The translations under genes and the position numbers were made by a program. A DNA stretch of 63,990 nt, filler included, from Chiloscyllium plagiosum (taxonomy: Eukaryota): NCBI RefSeq assembly GCF_004010195.1. It is 4 parts of one record of this genome, joined end to end, with 100 filler letters (N's around TTAATTAATTAA, not from the genome) between each part and the next. Parts side by side here need not be neighbours in the genome. Positions count along the whole stretch, not along the records: positions 59,795 to 63,990 come from NC_057710.1; 3 more parts are not named here. The stretch is one strand, 5' to 3'. This document shows positions 62,722 through 63,990 of the stretch, in pieces. How positions within the stretch are numbered: position 1 is the stretch's first letter; each line of letters opens with the position of its first letter. A model generated the notes under the pieces. It was not told where the DNA came from. It made no database searches and saw nothing but the letters and a program-made list of their open reading frames with translations.

Positions 62722-63545
62722 TTGACACAAAGATTGGAGGTCTAATAGTCAGTAAAGAAGGTTGTCCAAGAGTACAATGGGATTTTGATCAGCTGGGCCG
62801 AGGTCTGGCAGATGGAGTTTAATTTAGTTAAATGTGAGATGTTGTACTTTGGTAAGGCAAACCAGGGCAGGACTTACACAGTTAATAGCAGGCCCTTGGA
62901 CAGTGTTGTCAAACAGAGAGGCCTTGGGTTCAGGCGTATAGTTCCTCCAAAGTGGCGTCACAGATAGACAGGTTGGTGAAGGTGTTTGGTGTGCTTGCCT
63001 TCACTGCTCATGGCATTGAGTATGGGAGTTGGAATGTTATGTTGCAGCTGAATATATTAAATTTGAAACAGTGAAGAAGGATTTACCAAGATGTTACTGA
63101 GACTGGAAGGTTTGAGTTATATGGTAAAGCTGGATAGGATGGGATGTCTTCTCCTAGAGCGAGAGAGGTTGACGGGTGACCTTACAGAGGTTTATAACAT
63201 CATGAAGGACCCAAATAAGGGAAATAGCAAGAGTCTTTTCTCTAGAGTATGGGTATTCAAAACTAGAGAGCATAGGTTTAAGTTGAGAGGGGAAAGATTA
63301 AAAAGGGACCTATGGGGCAAAATTTTCACATAGCTGATGATTTGTAAGTGGAATGAACTGCCAGGGGAAGTGGTAGATGCAGGTGCAGTTACATTTAAAA
63401 GATATTTGGATAGGGACATGAATAGGAAAGGTTGGGAAGAATATAGGCCAAATGCTGGCAAATGGAGCTATTTTAATTTGGGAAACCTGGTTGACATGGA
63501 CAAATTGGGCTTAAACATCTGTTTCTGTGCTATTTGACTCTCTGA
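62722..63545 (+). mobile_element. CR1 3' fragment
   Basis: WAEVWQMEFN..KCE, WNELPGEVV motifs. Confidence 0.87.
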
Positions 63546-63564
63546 CTACTGTATCTGTTTAACA

Positions 63565-63990
63565 GTAGACAATAGGTGCAGCAGTAGGCCATTCTGCCCT
63601 TCGAGCCTGCACCACCATTCAATATGATCATGGCTGATCATCCTTAATCAGTATCCTGTTCCTGCCTTATCTCCATAACCCTTGATTCCACAATCCTTGA
63701 GAGCTCTATCCAACTCTTTCTTAAATGAATCCAGAGACTGGGCCTCCACTGCCCTCTGGGGCAGAGCATTCCATACAGCCACCACTCTCTGGGTGAAGAA
63801 GTTTCTCCTCATCTCTGTCCTAAATGGTCTACCCCGTATTTTTAAGCTTTGCCCTCTGGTTCGGCACTCACCCATCAGCGGAAACATGTTTCCTGACTCC
63901 AGAGTGTCCAATCCTTTAATAATCTATATGTCTCAATCAGATCCCCTCTCAGCCTTCTAAACTCAAGGGTATACAAGCCCAGTCACTCCA
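63565..63990 (-). mobile_element. CR1 3' end (runs off the window)
   Basis: ORF 63648-63911 RRNFFTQRVVAVWNALPQRAVEA...FKKELD. Confidence 0.9.

Noticed and set aside
1..63990. CRISPR array or prokaryotic system
   Set aside because: No regularly spaced repeats or operons; the sequence is clearly vertebrate intron/TE DNA.

Overview
Vertebrate nuclear DNA, very probably a cartilaginous fish (inferred from HE1/V-SINEs, Deu-domain SINE and dense CR1 LINEs). One host gene is visible on the + strand: the 5' end of an ARID3-family (Bright/dead ringer) transcription factor, most likely ARID3C. It has a CpG-rich promoter region, a candidate 13-codon first coding exon (5465-5503) and a 711-bp exon (7185-7895) ending in the diagnostic EWTYEEQFKQ followed by GT. 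I could not find the next, ARID-domain exon, so the remaining ~56 kb appears to be one large intron. That intron is packed with decayed and often nested CR1 LINEs, SINEs, Penelope-like elements (PLEs), Harbinger relics, a solo LTR and a probable LTR/ERV 5' end. The most notable structure is a set of short PLE-derived inserts from at least four sequence families. They carry minimal hammerhead-ribozyme-like cores (CTGANGA-stem-GAAA-palindrome), several have 14-17 bp target duplications, and several are fold-back structures. There are four assembly gaps, three with an artificial TTAATTAATTAA spacer. Repeat boundaries were read by eye and are approximate; family names come from recalled motifs, not database searches.
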